A DNA stretch of 63,286 bases, counting the filler, from Sluysia triapertura (Eukaryota), in NCBI GenBank assembly GCA_046118255.1. It is 5 parts of 5 records of this genome, joined end to end, with 100 filler letters (N's around TTAATTAATTAA, not from the genome) between each part and the next. Parts side by side here need not be neighbours in the genome. Positions count along the whole stretch, not along the records: positions 36,024 to 52,184 come from JBJNIA010209479.1; positions 52,285 to 63,286 come from JBJNIA010190286.1; 3 more parts are not named here. One strand, given 5' to 3'. Made by a program: the position numbers and the translations under genes. Under the pieces are notes generated by a model. That model had not been told where the DNA came from. It ran no database searches and worked only from the letters and a program-made list of their open reading frames with translations. This document shows, one piece after another, positions 39,217 through 53,649 of the stretch; within the stretch, counting starts at the first letter, position 1, and each line of letters opens with the position of its first letter.

Positions 39217-41298
39217 TTAATTGAGGTGGAATCCCGTTTCCTTAGCAGCTTCGAGTAATCTCTGACGCATGACAGATTTGTTAGTATATTCGGGCAACTT
39301 CAAGTAGTGAAGACATGTATTTACTGAGGGATACATACCATCCACGGAGCCAGTCCTGAATAATTAGACATGGATTAAAAATATATTGGATTAAACGAAA
39401 AATACTACTACTAAGTATTCGGTGCTACGATTAGAACATTAAGTAGAACAAAGATACACTTTTTAAATGTATCTAACACATTTACTACACTGCCACCGCA
39501 AATCAAAAGGTACCTATACATTTTCTATTTGAAAATATTCTCTGCTTCCAAAATTGAAATAAATAAAAATACTCACCAATTACATCTATATAATATCTAT
39601 ATTTATAAAAACGAGCTACTACTACAGTTTTGACGGACACTTATTTCACCAACATAATGATGTGAAACACTACAGGTGTTGCGATAGGCAAATTAGGTGC
39701 AAAAAAACTGCTTTGTTTATCAAATTTCTTGACTGGCCGGGGTTCAACCCCCTCCCGGCAGAATGCACACTTCGCAGTGAAACCCGGACTAAGTTTATTC
39801 GACGACGCCAATCACTCAGTTGATATTTTGGTCTCATCAAACGAAATTATATCTTATAATTATTTAAGAATTATTAACACGTCTTACACATTAAGCAGTG
39901 TTTGGATGTTAACCCGGCTAAAAGGTTAAGATACACAATTTTATCATTCAGAATTTTAGATAATCTTTTCTATCGACAAAAATTGCAAATTAAAATAATA
40001 CTTTAGATAATTTTTATTTATTAAGAACATCGAAACATTCGGTCTAGATCGTAAATGTCACTTCTGAAATATGATTATTAAGAAATCTAGAGAAATCTCA
40101 GCAAATTCAAATATTCCAAAGAGCAACTTATGACAGGCTAATTTGTTTCGTTAAGACCTGCAATTTTTACACGAATTAAACAGATCCGGATTAAATTCGA
40201 ATAAAAATAACTAACGTTTGTTCTCTCTTCACTACCACTATTCTCGGTTGTAGGCTCCGGAGCCCTCCAGGAGGAAGAGCAGCACTACCTGTAGAGAAAT
40301 GCAGAAAATCACGGCGTTCCGCCAAAGTCATCTCGGACAAAACTTCTAATAACAATCTGAAAGCTACTGAATCTTGTGAATATCCTCTACCCGGCTCAAT
40401 GTACATGCGCAATTCTTCGCGAGTCCAAGCAAGACCTTGCTGATCGCCGCACAACACGCGAGACAACTGAGGACCACTGAATAGTGCCAGATTGGTCATA
40501 GGAAACACTTGGTTGAATCCCTCTAAAATGATGTAATCAACATTTCTTTATTGAAACTTCAAAAATAACCAATGAACAAGGTTTAAATAACGAAAATAAC
40601 GAAACATTGTGATTTTGAACACCTAGATTAAATAATATCACATAATTTCTTATCGATTTGAATCAAATTCTTTGAATTTTACTTTGGTTCTCGTAATGTG
40701 CATCTTTTGCATTGTTTATTTAAAGAAATTGAGCAATTTGTCAATTTTAAGTAATAATTTATTTTTTATTATTATCTTCTTACAACCACGTTATTTCTTT
40801 TATTATTACCTTTTCAATTTTGCCTCGTCGCATTACTCAATTGTTTTCTTTTAACTTACTAATGATTACTAATAAACGACTTTTATTAGCTGAAGATGTA
40901 TCAATTAGAATATTGAAAATCAAATACATAAACGATTTTTAAGCACTCGCAATAATCTGTGGTGTTTCGCCGTATAAATATTTTTACGGCTATCAAATTT
41001 TTATAATATGCGCAACAAATCATTAGTTTTTATCATTTTTACAATATACAAAAATGAAACATGTTTGGTCTTGTTAAAGAATGGATGATAAAACTTTACC
41101 TGCAAAAGCATCCAATTGAGCTTTGATGCCCTTGTAAAGACAAAAGTCCAATAATCGTTTTAAATAGATATCCAATGTTTGCGCAGTTAGTATTTCATTG
41201 GAGTACATATCTTCTTCTAATGAATCGGCAGAGAACGTAGAATTTATGGAAATATTTTCCCATTCGTATTCATCTCGTAAGATAATCGGATTGATTTG
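39217..41298 (-). CDS. HECTD1: HECT E3 ubiquitin ligase HECTD1, last three exons (41298-41100, 40522-40216, 39355-39217)
   Basis: GT-AG introns with consistent phases join [10 protein letters not shown]|EGFNQVFPM...[28 protein letters not shown]|[23 protein letters not shown]...GFHLN*. The catalytic Cys and the HECTD1-type GFHLN end are present. Confidence 0.93.
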
Positions 41299-42399
41299 CT
41301 GAAAAATTATAACGTAAATCAATTTTCATATAAATCGAATGAATATTAATATCATTTCCTAGAACGAAGTCAAAGCTCATTATAGTTGATATATTAATAC
41401 AATTGTACAATTGTGTAATAATTATTTACTCTCCTGATCGCTTTAAAATGCATGCTTTAAAAATTGTGTTTCACTTACAGCTGATACTTTTAACGTTCTG
41501 ATTGTTTATAGAGCTCGTGTTGCTTAGCGACTAGTAAGATTTTCAGTTCAAATAAAAATATTTTTCAGATCAAATACCCAAAAAACAACCTTCTACAAAC
41601 GAAAAATTTGTAGAATTGAAAATGACCAGGAATTGAAAAGATCATCTCTTAGGCAGAAAAATAATGAAATGTATGTCATAACAAACATAGCAAATCCTAA
41701 AGAAACCATTAAAAAATGCCAGCAAAATTAAAAGAAATTGTAGTGTAAATATTTCAGTAAACTATTCGAAGATGATTGAGAAAAATAAATATAATGATAG
41801 GTGATTGTATCACACAGATTTTGTCCGCAAACTAGTATTTAAACTAGACGGGCCACTGGAGGGGTGTGTCGAAGTCAGAAACATGGAATGTAGTCGACTA
41901 AGTATAGTGATATTTTGAAAAATTATTTTATCACTGGTGGATAATTGTGTCCAGCACACATCCACATTGTTACAAATTAAAAAGAAACACTCCATAATTT
42001 GTCGAATTGACAATGGTGGGTTGGAAAGCTAATTTCGGTAATTAATGATATTTAGATGTGTCAGAAGTTGATTCACTGAACCAAAAGCTTGCAGAACCTA
42101 AAACTAAAGTGGTTTACTTCATGTTGTAGTACGGATGTGTTGAGGGCGAAAAATTACTTAGCTCGAATATATTAATTGTATTTTTATTTTTTTTCAAACG
42201 TTTAATAGCAAAATTACAAACATTAATCAAAAACAAATTATTTAACTTTAATTTTAAAATTACAAAAGAAATAGGCTTAAGGCCTGTAACAATTAACAAA
42301 TTTAAAATAACGAAGTATGATTTTATACTGAAATTGAAACAAATAAAGAAAAAGTATAAACACAGTTATTAATAACCCAAGCAGTACTACAATCATAGC

Positions 42400-43215
42400 A
42401 ATAACAAAAGATGATATAAAATGTATGATAAAATAGATATTTTGTTTCGATACTTATATCGTTAAAAAATGATTTAAACAGGTTAAAATTTGAAAATGCT
42501 AATTCGCGATCATTAATAAGTTTTTCGGATACAATATTCTTATCTACGAAACTGTATATATAAACTAGTTTTGGACATTTTGTCAAATATCCTCTTATTA
42601 TACATTCATAGCGACGAATAAAAGATTGAGTAATTATTAAATCTCCTTCCCTTACTGCTTGTAAAACATCAAAAGGGTTATCAGCAATTAATTTTTTAAC
42701 AAATATCAAAGTCACATCTAATTTTTTCGTAATATCATCTATATTTACACACCACTTTTATTCAAGCACATTGTTTATTTTTAATGATATCAATCTAAGA
42801 TATGAAGAGTAAATTAAAATATTATTTATTAATTATAAAATATTATCATGAATTAACATAGTACTGACACATGATTCAATAATCTTTAAATCAACTTCTA
42901 AAGTATTAGATAACACAAGTAACGAAACTTTATGGCAAATATTATTTATTAATTGTAAAATATCATAATGAAATAACATATTACTAACACATGATTCAAT
43001 AATCTTTAAGTCAACTTCTAAAGTATTAGATAACACGAGTGATGCAACTTTGTGATTTTGGAGTTCTATCTCTTCATAAATTTCTTTTTCTAATTCATCA
43101 CAAGTCAAAACACTTTTACCATCTAATGTATAGAACTTTAACTTGTTACTAGATATCAAAAAATTCATTATATCAATACAATTCCTTTCGCTTAATTTAT
43201 TAATTGATGGAATTT
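42400..43215 (-). pseudogene. UFL1: UFL1 (E3 UFM1 ligase) pseudogene fragment
   Basis: KLSERNCIDI..L......YTLDGK..LT...L.KEI..E and, in the same frame, LIITQSFIRRY..IIRG. There are two in-frame TAA (42833-42835 and 42758-42760) and a 120-bp tandem duplication. Confidence 0.82.
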
Positions 43216-46049
43216 CTTCATAAAAAGTTAAAAAATAATTGTAGAAGTTGCTATTGCAGATGAAGTACATTATCATTATTATAATTAAAAATTAGATATT
43301 GCATCGTTTAATATTGGCCAACATTAGTTTTTATTAATTTTTTTAATTTTTATTTTCAGGAAAAGGTAATATATTCATACAATTTTATCTGGCCATTCTA
43401 AATAATTGGGAATCATCATAAGTGATTTATTATCAAAACCAATAAAAGGACTATAATTTAATACAGTGAAAAATATCAGAAAATCATTAACTTTGACATT
43501 ATATTTGATTACTTTCCAATTCATAAAAAACAACTATAAAACACTTTTTAAACAACAAATATGCTTTATCAAGAATTTTAATATTAAAATTATCATTACT
43601 AAATATAATAATATAAGGATTATTTGGATGTAATAATTGTACTAAATCATCTAAAAATATAGTCTAAACAGTATTATTGGTTTGATTAAACGGATCCAGC
43701 GCATTTCATAATTATTTAATGAGAAACTTTGACGTAAATACGAAATTGGATTAAAAACTAATGTCACAGATGGCTCAAAATTGTTATTGATCAAAGATTC
43801 TCGTACTAATTCAATATTAAACATAAAGCATTAACACTAATAACATTACAACCATGTGATGCAATTCGAGATTAAAATAAATATCAACATTAGGTCCAGA
43901 TTCACTTCATACTTATCTCTAGAACCTTCAAATGGATTTGAATTAAAATAATCGCGACTATGCATTCCCAATCGAAATACGCCACGTCCATGTAGTTGCG
44001 TTCTATGTAAATCAATTTTTCGCTTCGCTTAATTCCTCGTTGCATCATATCAAATGTGAACTAAGAAATTAGCATATTTATATAACTTCTGTTGCTAAAT
44101 TATGGTTATTAATTATATTTCGATTATATCTAGTAGTTACTGTAATTTCTTTTGAGATGAATAGTGTGAATGGAGATCGAATATATTGTGTAGTAGTAGG
44201 AAAAATTGAGAAAAAACAAAAAAAATAGAAAGACAGATTGATAATAAAGATAAAAGAAACAATAATAATGATAATAATTACATGGTTATTACGTTTATTA
44301 ATACTGAAATGTTGATGTTGAAATTTAATATGAAAATTATTATAAAAGTTATTACTTGATAATCATACTATATAGCAATAATGACTATAATTATTATATA
44401 TATTTTAATACGATATGAATTGTAATAATAATAGTGGTAGTTCATGATAATTAGGTACGATGATCATGTTTGTTTTTTGAATGAGTTTAGTAGTTTGTAT
44501 ATGTGAAGTGTTTTTATGTGATGAATTTTGTGTGATGAATTCCCTACAAGACAGTTTGATTTAAAGACTTTGGACATGAAGAACTTCGTATAACCTTCAT
44601 TGTCGAAACCACATAATTATCACATGACTCCAAGAAAGAGATTGTAATAATAATAGTTGCAATAGTGATGTAAAATTTATAAAATTAACTGCTTTGTTTA
44701 AATACTTTTTGGTGATGTTACAAAATGCATTGTAACTTTATTCTTTGAAAATGAGATTGCGTTCCTTTAATTTAAACACTCTTGCCAATTTGTATGATGT
44801 ACAGAAATCTTTTATACTTCCCACAAATAATTTAAGATATTTTACTATTCTAGTTTTTATTATGCTTGTAACATCTGTGATATTTATAAACTATATGTAT
44901 CAAACATTAACCAGTTTCACATATAAATTTTATTTGAACCTGGCTTGTCGAGTCTTATATTCGTCTCAGCCGTTCGAGATGAAAGTGTTTAGTTAATGAT
45001 AAAAATAATCTTAACGTTTATTAACTTGATTTTCACTCTTCCTGCATCTCAACCCTTTTCTTTAGCTAGTAATAAGTGGAGTCATTATTGTGAAATGACA
45101 AAATACTTTCTTGATTTTTATAAATTCAATATAAAATTAATAACATTGAAATTTCGTATTTTTATATTTAGTTTGCATATTATTTTTATTTAATCTCAAT
45201 TTAAAATAATTATGTTTAGTTTAATGTTTCTAAATTTTGATTTCATATTATTTCTATTTGATCTCAATTTGAAATGATTTTATAAATATTCGAGCATAAT
45301 CAGAGCACCACAGAGTATTCTTAGACATTCTATTATTCAATTAAACATTTCAATTAATCATTACATGCAATTTACAATTATTGTATTTTTATGAATATTA
45401 TTATGAGTATTATGTTCAACACTGATAGCAATGAATCAAATAATATAATTTTGATAACGCTAATAACGAAGTAATAAAGATAACAGTGCTAACGACAATG
45501 TTTGCAATAATCATAGTAATAATTATGGTAATTGTTGGTCTCAAGATTTTCATTTAAATAAAGACAATTACGAAATGTGGACTTAAGGTCTGTTCCACAT
45601 TTCGAATATTTTAAATTTTTTAAGGCCATTTTTAAAATAACGCTTTATTAAATCACATTTATAATAGAAATTATAAAAAGGCTCTAAATTAATGAAAATT
45701 TCACTTGCAAAAATATTCATTTGGTGTCCATAACAATTTTTAAATATCAACTTTTCCTAGACGCTAATATGATATTTCCAACAATAAACCAAATAAAATT
45801 GTTTTTAAAGTTAATATTAAAAGTGGTATTATTTAAACAACAGAAAATTCGTCAGTTTTCTTTTAAAACTATCAAATCGATTAAAAAACTTTAAAACTTA
45901 TTATTGTGTGTCTCTTTTAATGTTAATACGAATTCCTTTATTTTATCATATTGCTCTATTAATTCTGATATATGAGAATTTCCAAAAAAACATGAGTATC
46001 ATTTATTTTATTTTCATTAACTAGACGATACATGAAAAATATTTTTTGA

Positions 46050-46520
46050 AAAAGAATAAAACAGGTGTTGGTAGAAAAATAAAGAAATTGAAAAATTGAA
46101 TGTTGAATTTTTTTATACTTCGAGTGATGCAAATGTAATGAATGGAATATGAAATGATTGCTATGAAATAGATGAATCTACAAGTGAGTTCGAAATGTTT
46201 GTAGAATGGTTCATTTGAGAATAAGAACCATAAAACATTTTTCATTAGAAAATTGGGTGAGAAAAATTGAAAATTAATTAAATTAATTAGTTTTATGTTT
46301 GTTAACAATATAGTTGATTGTTATCTTAATGTGAGACGGAATTTAAGTAAAATTATATTGAGTAGAGTAAAAGGAAATGATGATTGATAATAAATCAAAT
46401 TTCTGTGTTTTGTACCTAATGAAGTTTGACAGACCGTACCATGTAATTGTCGAAGTTGTTATTGTCTGTTTGATTGATTGTGAGACTTGAGATTGATTGG
46501 ATGATGAGAGAATATAAAAT
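46050..46520 (-). mobile_element. Decayed L2/Rex-Babar-like non-LTR 3' fragment
   Basis: TITTSTITWYGLSN...PFYKHFELT...FLPTPV; same family as 7600-8200. Confidence 0.5.
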
Positions 46521-47829
46521 AAAATTTTTATATTTTATTATATATTTATATGTATTCAATATAAAATTATATATTTACGCCTTCACCAGTTTATTTTTAA
46601 AATATTTTGAATTACTTATTTGATTTTTAGCGATTTTAAGTTAACTTCGCGGAAGGCAATATGCCAAATTAATTTTTTTTAATATTTAACCATAATTACT
46701 ATTTTAAACTTTCTGGATATTGATATTTTTTAGCGTCACTCCTGGTTTCTTCACATAAACTGTTATATTCTTGATAGTATTATTGTTAATCCTGTAGTTT
46801 TAATCATTTTATTGTTTTTTAGTAAATACTTATAACAGTAACTTGTATTTAATTTTTTGTAATAATTAAAAAGAAACGTGTGCTTATATGAATTATTTTT
46901 CAAAAACTGTACATAAGACGAACTCCTTAATAACTATGATATTTGCAAAAAGTTTGTTTACAGTCAATTGTACAAGTTATTCGATATCGAAATTTCATTT
47001 GTTCCATTTTGTAGAAACGCTTTTTACAATTTTATATTAAGATTCAAACTTAACAATCCAAGCAAACACCAAATGTTGAGCTTTCGATATTTCTTTCATT
47101 CACTCATTTATCTATTTTATTTCGAAAAATTAAATAACAATTTAAGCATCTAAAATTTAATAACAATAAATAATGCAATCTGTTTTAAATATAAAATATC
47201 AAGGTCAAGTTAAGTGAAACTTCTAAGAAACAGTTTTTCATAAAGTCAGCTGAATTAAAACATTACTTCGTACCATATCCAATCTGTAATAGGTTGAAAT
47301 AAAATATGTGATAATCGAGATCCAACATTACGGTTGCGAATGCAAAATTTCAAATTATTATCGACATAGAACAAAACATCTGAATTTAAATAAACTTTAA
47401 TTAAATAAAAAATTAATGAAATATTAAAAATACCAGCAACAATTTGTAATTTATTTAACTTAGATTCATAAGTTAGTGGAAATGAAATAATATAAGTATC
47501 AAAATAGTATTAATAAATGGTTGAATTATTCATTAACATTTTGATCAATTTTTTTTATATATTATTGATTATTTATTTTTCGTAATTTGTAGAATAAACA
47601 TTAAAATATTTAATCATTTAATAATATAACGATCTAGTTCTAGTAACAGAATGAAAGATAGATCAATGAATTAAACTGAGTGATTATAATTTAATTGTTT
47701 TGTGAATAAATATAAAATTAACAAACAATAAAGCCCTCACTGACAATTCAAATAAGTAAGTAGGTAACAAAAAATGTATTAAATATTTAAAATAAAATCT
47801 ATGCCCGAAGACTGCACTAAATAATGATT

Positions 47830-48385
47830 TTATTGTTTTGATGTAGCTGAGAAGCCAATATTTGTGGCTTGTTCTGGAGCATCTCCTGTCTGATTGTTGG
47901 GTACCGAGACAATACGTGGTTCGTGAATATTCTAAATGATATTTTCACCATTACCATGGAGCAATTTATTTATCGTGGATTTACTAAAATTGAAATTTTT
48001 AAGTATGCCAATATTCTCGGTACTCATTGTGCCCAATGCTGGAAAGATTAAGGTAAAGATTTTGACCTTGCGCCGCACGTTTCTACTAAGATTCTGAGAG
48101 AATTGTGAACACTTTACTGAATTTTCCCTATGAATGTCCGGATATGATTCGATTTTATCGAAAGGGGTTTTAATGTCAATAATAAAGTAACAGTCATTGT
48201 ATAGAAAAAGTAAGTCAGGGCATTGACGTTTGATGTGGTCAGGAACACCGGGTCGGTTAGAAAAGAGGTCGCATTGAGCATCACAGTTAACATCAATGCC
48301 ATTATCCCTGAAGAGAGAAGCGACAAGTCCAAGTGCTAAGTTGTGGCGTGAAGTGATAAGGCTGGAATTGAAAGGGCTTTTCTTA
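47830..48385 (-). mobile_element. RLE-type non-LTR retrotransposon (R2/NeSL-like) endonuclease fragment
   Basis: RHN...PDLLF...IIDIKTPFD...K...ALG, the restriction-like endonuclease signature. Confidence 0.85.
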
Positions 48386-49074
48386 TTATTACACATAATT
48401 AAAGGGAAACTCTGATCGCCAAATATTAGTTTCCTAAATTTGATTATCAAGATGCAACACATCTAACTAAAGTAATTTGAATATAAATACAATTGAATTT
48501 TATTATTAAGTCCCTTAAACAAAATTGTGTATAATAAAAATAATTATAATAATAATTATTATTATTATAATTTCAGAACCAAGATTATCAAAACAATCAG
48601 TCAATCTTCTGAAATTCGATCTCCAATGGTTTGTTAATTGTTGCTTTTATAACTTGCATAAATTTTTCTTAAAACTCTAAATTAATTAATATTCTAAATT
48701 TATTAACTTCTTAAGCGACTACTGGTAAATGTAATTGTCATAGATAATGTGCTTTTTTGTAATGCTTAAATTGATATAGAATTAAAATATTCAATCCATT
48801 ATCGAAAGTAGAATATTATGTTAATTTAGAGATTTTTCTTCCATTAAAAATAAAAATATATACTTTCACTATTAAAATGAAAAGTAAGTTAACGTATTTT
48901 CAAGCGTTGGGGTTAGCGATGAGATAACAACTTATACATATGTAACATAAAATTCATTTATTTATTATTAAAATTATTCATTTTTAATCATTAATTTAAA
49001 TTTAACAAGATAAAAGAAAATAAAATTTGGTCCAAAATGAAAATAATTACTCATTATTATTAGTATTATTATTA

Positions 49075-49129
<55 letters not shown>

Positions 49130-50329
49130 TCTTAATGAAAATCTATTAGAGTAATAACAAATGATTGACTAATAGAAAAATTATATGTATATAAAATTAT
49201 TTTGGTGTGCGTTATTACTGTTAACCAAAGTATTAGAAAAATTTAATATATTATTTTAACCAAACTATTAGCAAAATTATTTGTATAGAGAATTATTATA
49301 TAATATTCGCTGTATAGAGAAATTATTGCATATTATTATTACTATCGTTATTGTATTAAAGAAATTTAAATTACTATTATTAAAAGAATTTAAATCATTA
49401 TATGGAATATTGTATAAAAGGACGTATATAAAACTACAAAATCACTAACAGAGAAATAAGATAAATATAGAACAGACACGACCATTCGATCTACGTTACT
49501 ACAACTTATAATCGAATTCAACACTTTGCTATTGCGTCAATCGTCTCTCGGGCTGATTCAGAAAAGAACAGAATATCTATTGGAGATACAGTTATTTGTC
49601 TGTGTTAACGGTAATATAATATATATACATATATATCATCGACGTGACAATTTTTTATTATTGCGATTGATTATTGTCCAAGTGATTGTATTTTATTTTG
49701 GATAAAATTTTTATAATAAAATTTCTAATTTTTATATGCGTTAAATACATTGTAATACAGTAATAAATAGCTTAGTTATTTTGTTTGTTTTTGTTATTTC
49801 GACTAAATCGAGGATAGAGTTGCCATAAAAATAGTTTCTTTTTGATAAACCAACTATTCGCGTTTCCATTCCTGAACATCGGAACGAGTATAAGAACTCC
49901 GATCTCTTGATATCAATAACACATTTAATATTTAGTAAATATAGATTGAGAAAAAGAATAAACAAGTGTATTTACCAGTTGAATTATATTGATATAAGAT
50001 ACATTTAATTGTTAGATAAGTTTTTTGTGAGTCTAGAGATTTTTGAAAACAATTACTACATACCCATATAAATAAATAAATCTAACACATATATGGGATC
50101 ATACGATCCACGTGAAAAATTTTGTGCATGACAATATCATCTATTGATAAGTCACAAAAGTCAATTAACATCATAATAGCAAAAATGTATTAATTATTAA
50201 ATCTTAATTTAATTAATTATTAAATTATTAAGGCAGTGTAAATAAACGATTTTAAAAGCCATTTGGTCTTTGATTGTCTTTCAGAAATAATGCTGTTTGT
50301 TATCATAGGCCAGAGTAGGATTTGCAGGT

Positions 50330-52040
50330 ATAACTGGAACATAGTCTGGAGCAGGGATTGGGTCAGCAGGCATAGCAATTTTTAGCTGACTGATTTTTGG
50401 GTACCGGGAAAAGATATGATTCATATCAATCCGATAAGGAATCTTCAGCATTCCAATAGAAATGTTTGTTTATTACCGATTTACCGAATTTAAAAGTTTT
50501 TAGAATACTAATGTTATCAGGGTTCAATGTGCCAATAACCGGAAACATTAAAGTGAAGATTTTGACCTTACACCTGATGATTTTTCTAAGATGTTGGGAG
50601 AGTGGTGAATATTTAAGATAATTCCTTGTGAATATCTGAATAAGTCTGGATTTTATCAAATGGTGTTTTAACATCAATAAGAAAGTAGAAATCATTGTAC
50701 GAAAAGAGTAAATCATGCCGTTGTCGTTTGATGTGATCAGTTTCATCGGAACGGTTACAAAAAAGGGAGCTTTTGGCATCAAAGTTAACATCAATGCCAT
50801 TATCTCTGAAGAGAGAAGCGACAAGTCCAATTGCTAGGTTGTGGCGCAAGGTTATAAGGCTGGAATTGAAAGGGCAGTGGTTAAGAACGTGAGGTGCAGA
50901 TTCGCCGACAGTTTGTGGGAAGATTTGTTTTCAAGTTTCTTGCAGTGAAATTTGTTCGGGCTTTGAGTAAGAAGAAGAAAGTATTATCGGGGATTTCGGA
51001 GCTCATGAGCATTCTATTTGTAAGTCGAGACTTGGCAAAAGAATAAGTCAGGAGTGATTGGCATTTCAAGGACTGCGTTCTTAGAAAATGGGATGACCCT
51101 GTCAGTTTATGAAAGGCCTGAGTGACGTTATCATTTTCATCTTTGTTGAAGTCGATTGTAAAGTTAAGTTAATCGTGAAAGAATCATCCGCAAAAGTAAA
51201 CAAGACTCGGATTTGGTAGTATAATATTTGGTTTTAAATTTGTGATAAATTGAATATTAAAACTGCTTATTAATAAGATTAATTTAAATTCGTTTATAAC
51301 GATTATTGAAAATTGGAGATTAACATTAAAATTAGGTTTTATTACAAAGTTTATTACAGAAATTAATTTAGATTTATTTAAATCAAACAAGAAGTGTAGT
51401 AAAGACTAAAACTCTTTATTTTTATCATTCCTATATAAAAGACAATTATGTTTATAAATTGTTTTATAAATTTTCTGATTATGCCACGGCAAGTATTCAT
51501 GTGTCTTTCTAAAAGAATATAAGAATAAAAAAAGATTTAAGTCAATAAAATTTAAAAAAGATATAAAATTATTACCATTATATATTGTTGTGTCGTGCTG
51601 AAATAAAATTCTTAAAGTATTGGGTTGGTCACCACATCTGATATCGTGCTTTGATTTGAGAGCCTTACAGCAGTCCCTAACGTTAGACCACAGGGTTGAC
51701 TTGGGGCATTTCAGAATCAGTGATGCCCGAAAGTGAGTTGAGTGTGGTAATAATATCTGGTTTCCGGAAGTATAGTTTAGAGATTTCTTTAAGGTATTCT
51801 ATAGAAAAAGATTGAAGAGAATTGTCGGCAGAGGTAAATATACGTAATCAGTGAAATATAGTTTGAATTAAGTATTTGCTGTGAAGAGAAGATCCATAGT
51901 TGTGTAAAGGAAGTCAATAGATGATGACTAAAAGTAGATTTGAAGAGTGGGTCTCAGGATGTTTCTAAAACTTTTTTCAAAAGATCATTATCATCCTTGT
52001 AGTGCATTCATGCACTTCCAAGCTGTGATCGTAGTACTCT
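50330..52040 (-). mobile_element. Second, longer and more decayed copy of the RLE non-LTR element
   Basis: FLLKARTN, CRR, ESAPHVLNHC...RHN, RHDLLF..IDVKTPFD. Nucleotide-homologous to 47830-48385. The upstream boundary is approximate. Confidence 0.8.
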
Positions 52041-52061
52041 GCAAGCTCTTAATCGATAAGG

Positions 52062-52184
52062 CAGTGATTCTCAACCAATGTGCCGCGGCACTTTTGTGTG
52101 CCGCGAGATTCTAAAAATGTGCCGCCGAATTTTAGTCTTATGATTATGTTCACATTTGTATTCTATTCTAGTCCAAATATAAAT
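52062..52184 (+). mobile_element. hAT-type left terminus
   Basis: CAGTGATTCTCAACC followed by three TGTGCCGC subterminal repeats; cut by the contig end. Confidence 0.7.
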
Positions 52185-52284
52185 NNNNNNNNNNNNNNNN
52201 NNNNNNNNNNNNNNNNNNNNNNNNNNNNTTAATTAATTAANNNNNNNNNNNNNNNNNNNNNNNNNNNNNNNNNNNNNNNNNNNN
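52185..52284. other. Artificial contig spacer
   Basis: 44 N + TTAATTAATTAA + 44 N. Confidence 0.97.
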
Positions 52285-52294
52285 ATTATTTTCT

Positions 52295-52384
52295 TTATGA
52301 GGTTCAGGAGGAGAAACATGAGGTTCCTTCACGAAACCCATGGGCTCGAAGGGTTCCTAGAGTATAAAAGGTTGAAGACCCCTG
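52295..52384. mobile_element. hAT-type right terminus
   Basis: AAAAGGTTGAAGACCCCTG end preceded by GGTTC repeats. Confidence 0.65.
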
Positions 52385-52984
52385 ATGTAGATTATCAATA
52401 AGATTGTGATTGGATTACTCCAATACATCCAATTTTGTGAATATTACATCTTTAAAATTAAATATTTTTTAACGGTGTTGCATATTTAAATATATTATTT
52501 AATTATTTTTTAATTAAATTATTTTTGCATTGAATCAAATAATTAGTGATTAATTAGTCTGCATGTTTCTGCGTATTTACGTTCCTTAATAATAATAAAA
52601 GCCATTCTTTTGATACAAAAGGAACAATAATGATAATTTGCAAGATGCATCCAATTAACCCAGTGGCTGATAATGGAATCTAAATTGTAAAAGGATAAGT
52701 GCAATTAATCTTACTGAAAATGTTGACTAATACAGATATTATGCAAATCAGCTTGGTACTAAAGCATGCTATTATGAGTTTATATGAGTTATATTCGTAT
52801 TATATAATGTTACGTAGGTACATGCAGAGGCCCACGTCAATAATTGAAAAAATTACTAATTATTTATTAAGTATGCTAAATTATGCAAGGTTGTGCATTT
52901 CCTTCTTAGTTGTCTACAACTATTCTAATTTTTATAATTAATAATTTATAAGCATATTAAGCTGAAGTTGTGAAACTTTTTATT

Positions 52985-53407
52985 GTAATTTTATGAATAT
53001 CTCATGAATTTTTATTTTCAATTTTAATTTTGCGTTGGTCAAACCTCACGTAGAAGGAGAAAACATTGTAGAATTGCACACTGATATTTTGAGCGGAATC
53101 AAAGCCATTTGACCAGAGAAAAATTTAAACACAGTATCAACATGATCAAAAACAACAAGAACAACCTTCCGAGGAAGATGCTTTATTTGTTATAAATATT
53201 CTGTTACACGCGAAGAAAAGCAAAAGGCTAAAAGAATTTCTAGTATGTGTCATAAAATGTAACAATCATGTTTATCTTTTAAATTCAAAGAAGGGACTAA
53301 TTTGTAATGAGTATGCAATTTATTACGAAACTTAAATATGAAATATGTATTTTAGACACTTTTGTCCACGCTTAGTAATCTACGTAACTTTTTTGGTAAT
53401 CCTAGGG
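52985..53407 (+). mobile_element. piggyBac 3' remnant (Cys-rich domain and right end)
   Basis: ALVKPHVE, RGRCFICYK...MCHK/CNNHV, ending in GGG|TTAA at 53405-53411. Confidence 0.7.
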
Positions 53408-53587
53408 TTAAGGCTTATAAAATATTTTGTTCAATTAGATTTACCTACCGATGAAATCATCTGTCAAGTCTGTAACTAAATTAAATTAATAATAAAATTT
53501 AAAGAATTTTTAAAACTAATAAAGATAAAAATTTAAAAAGGAAATTACAATGAAAATAATTATAAAAATTAATTGTAAAACGATTGC

Positions 53588-53649
<62 letters not shown>

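Noticed and set aside
42758-42835. TAA reassigned to Gln, suggested by in-frame TAA in UFL1
   Set aside because: HECTD1 ends at TAA exactly after its conserved GFHLN terminus, so TAA is a stop. A pseudogene is the simpler explanation.
52062-52384. One hAT element spanning the gap
   Set aside because: The subterminal motifs differ (TGTGCCGC vs GGTTC) and the spacer is artificial.
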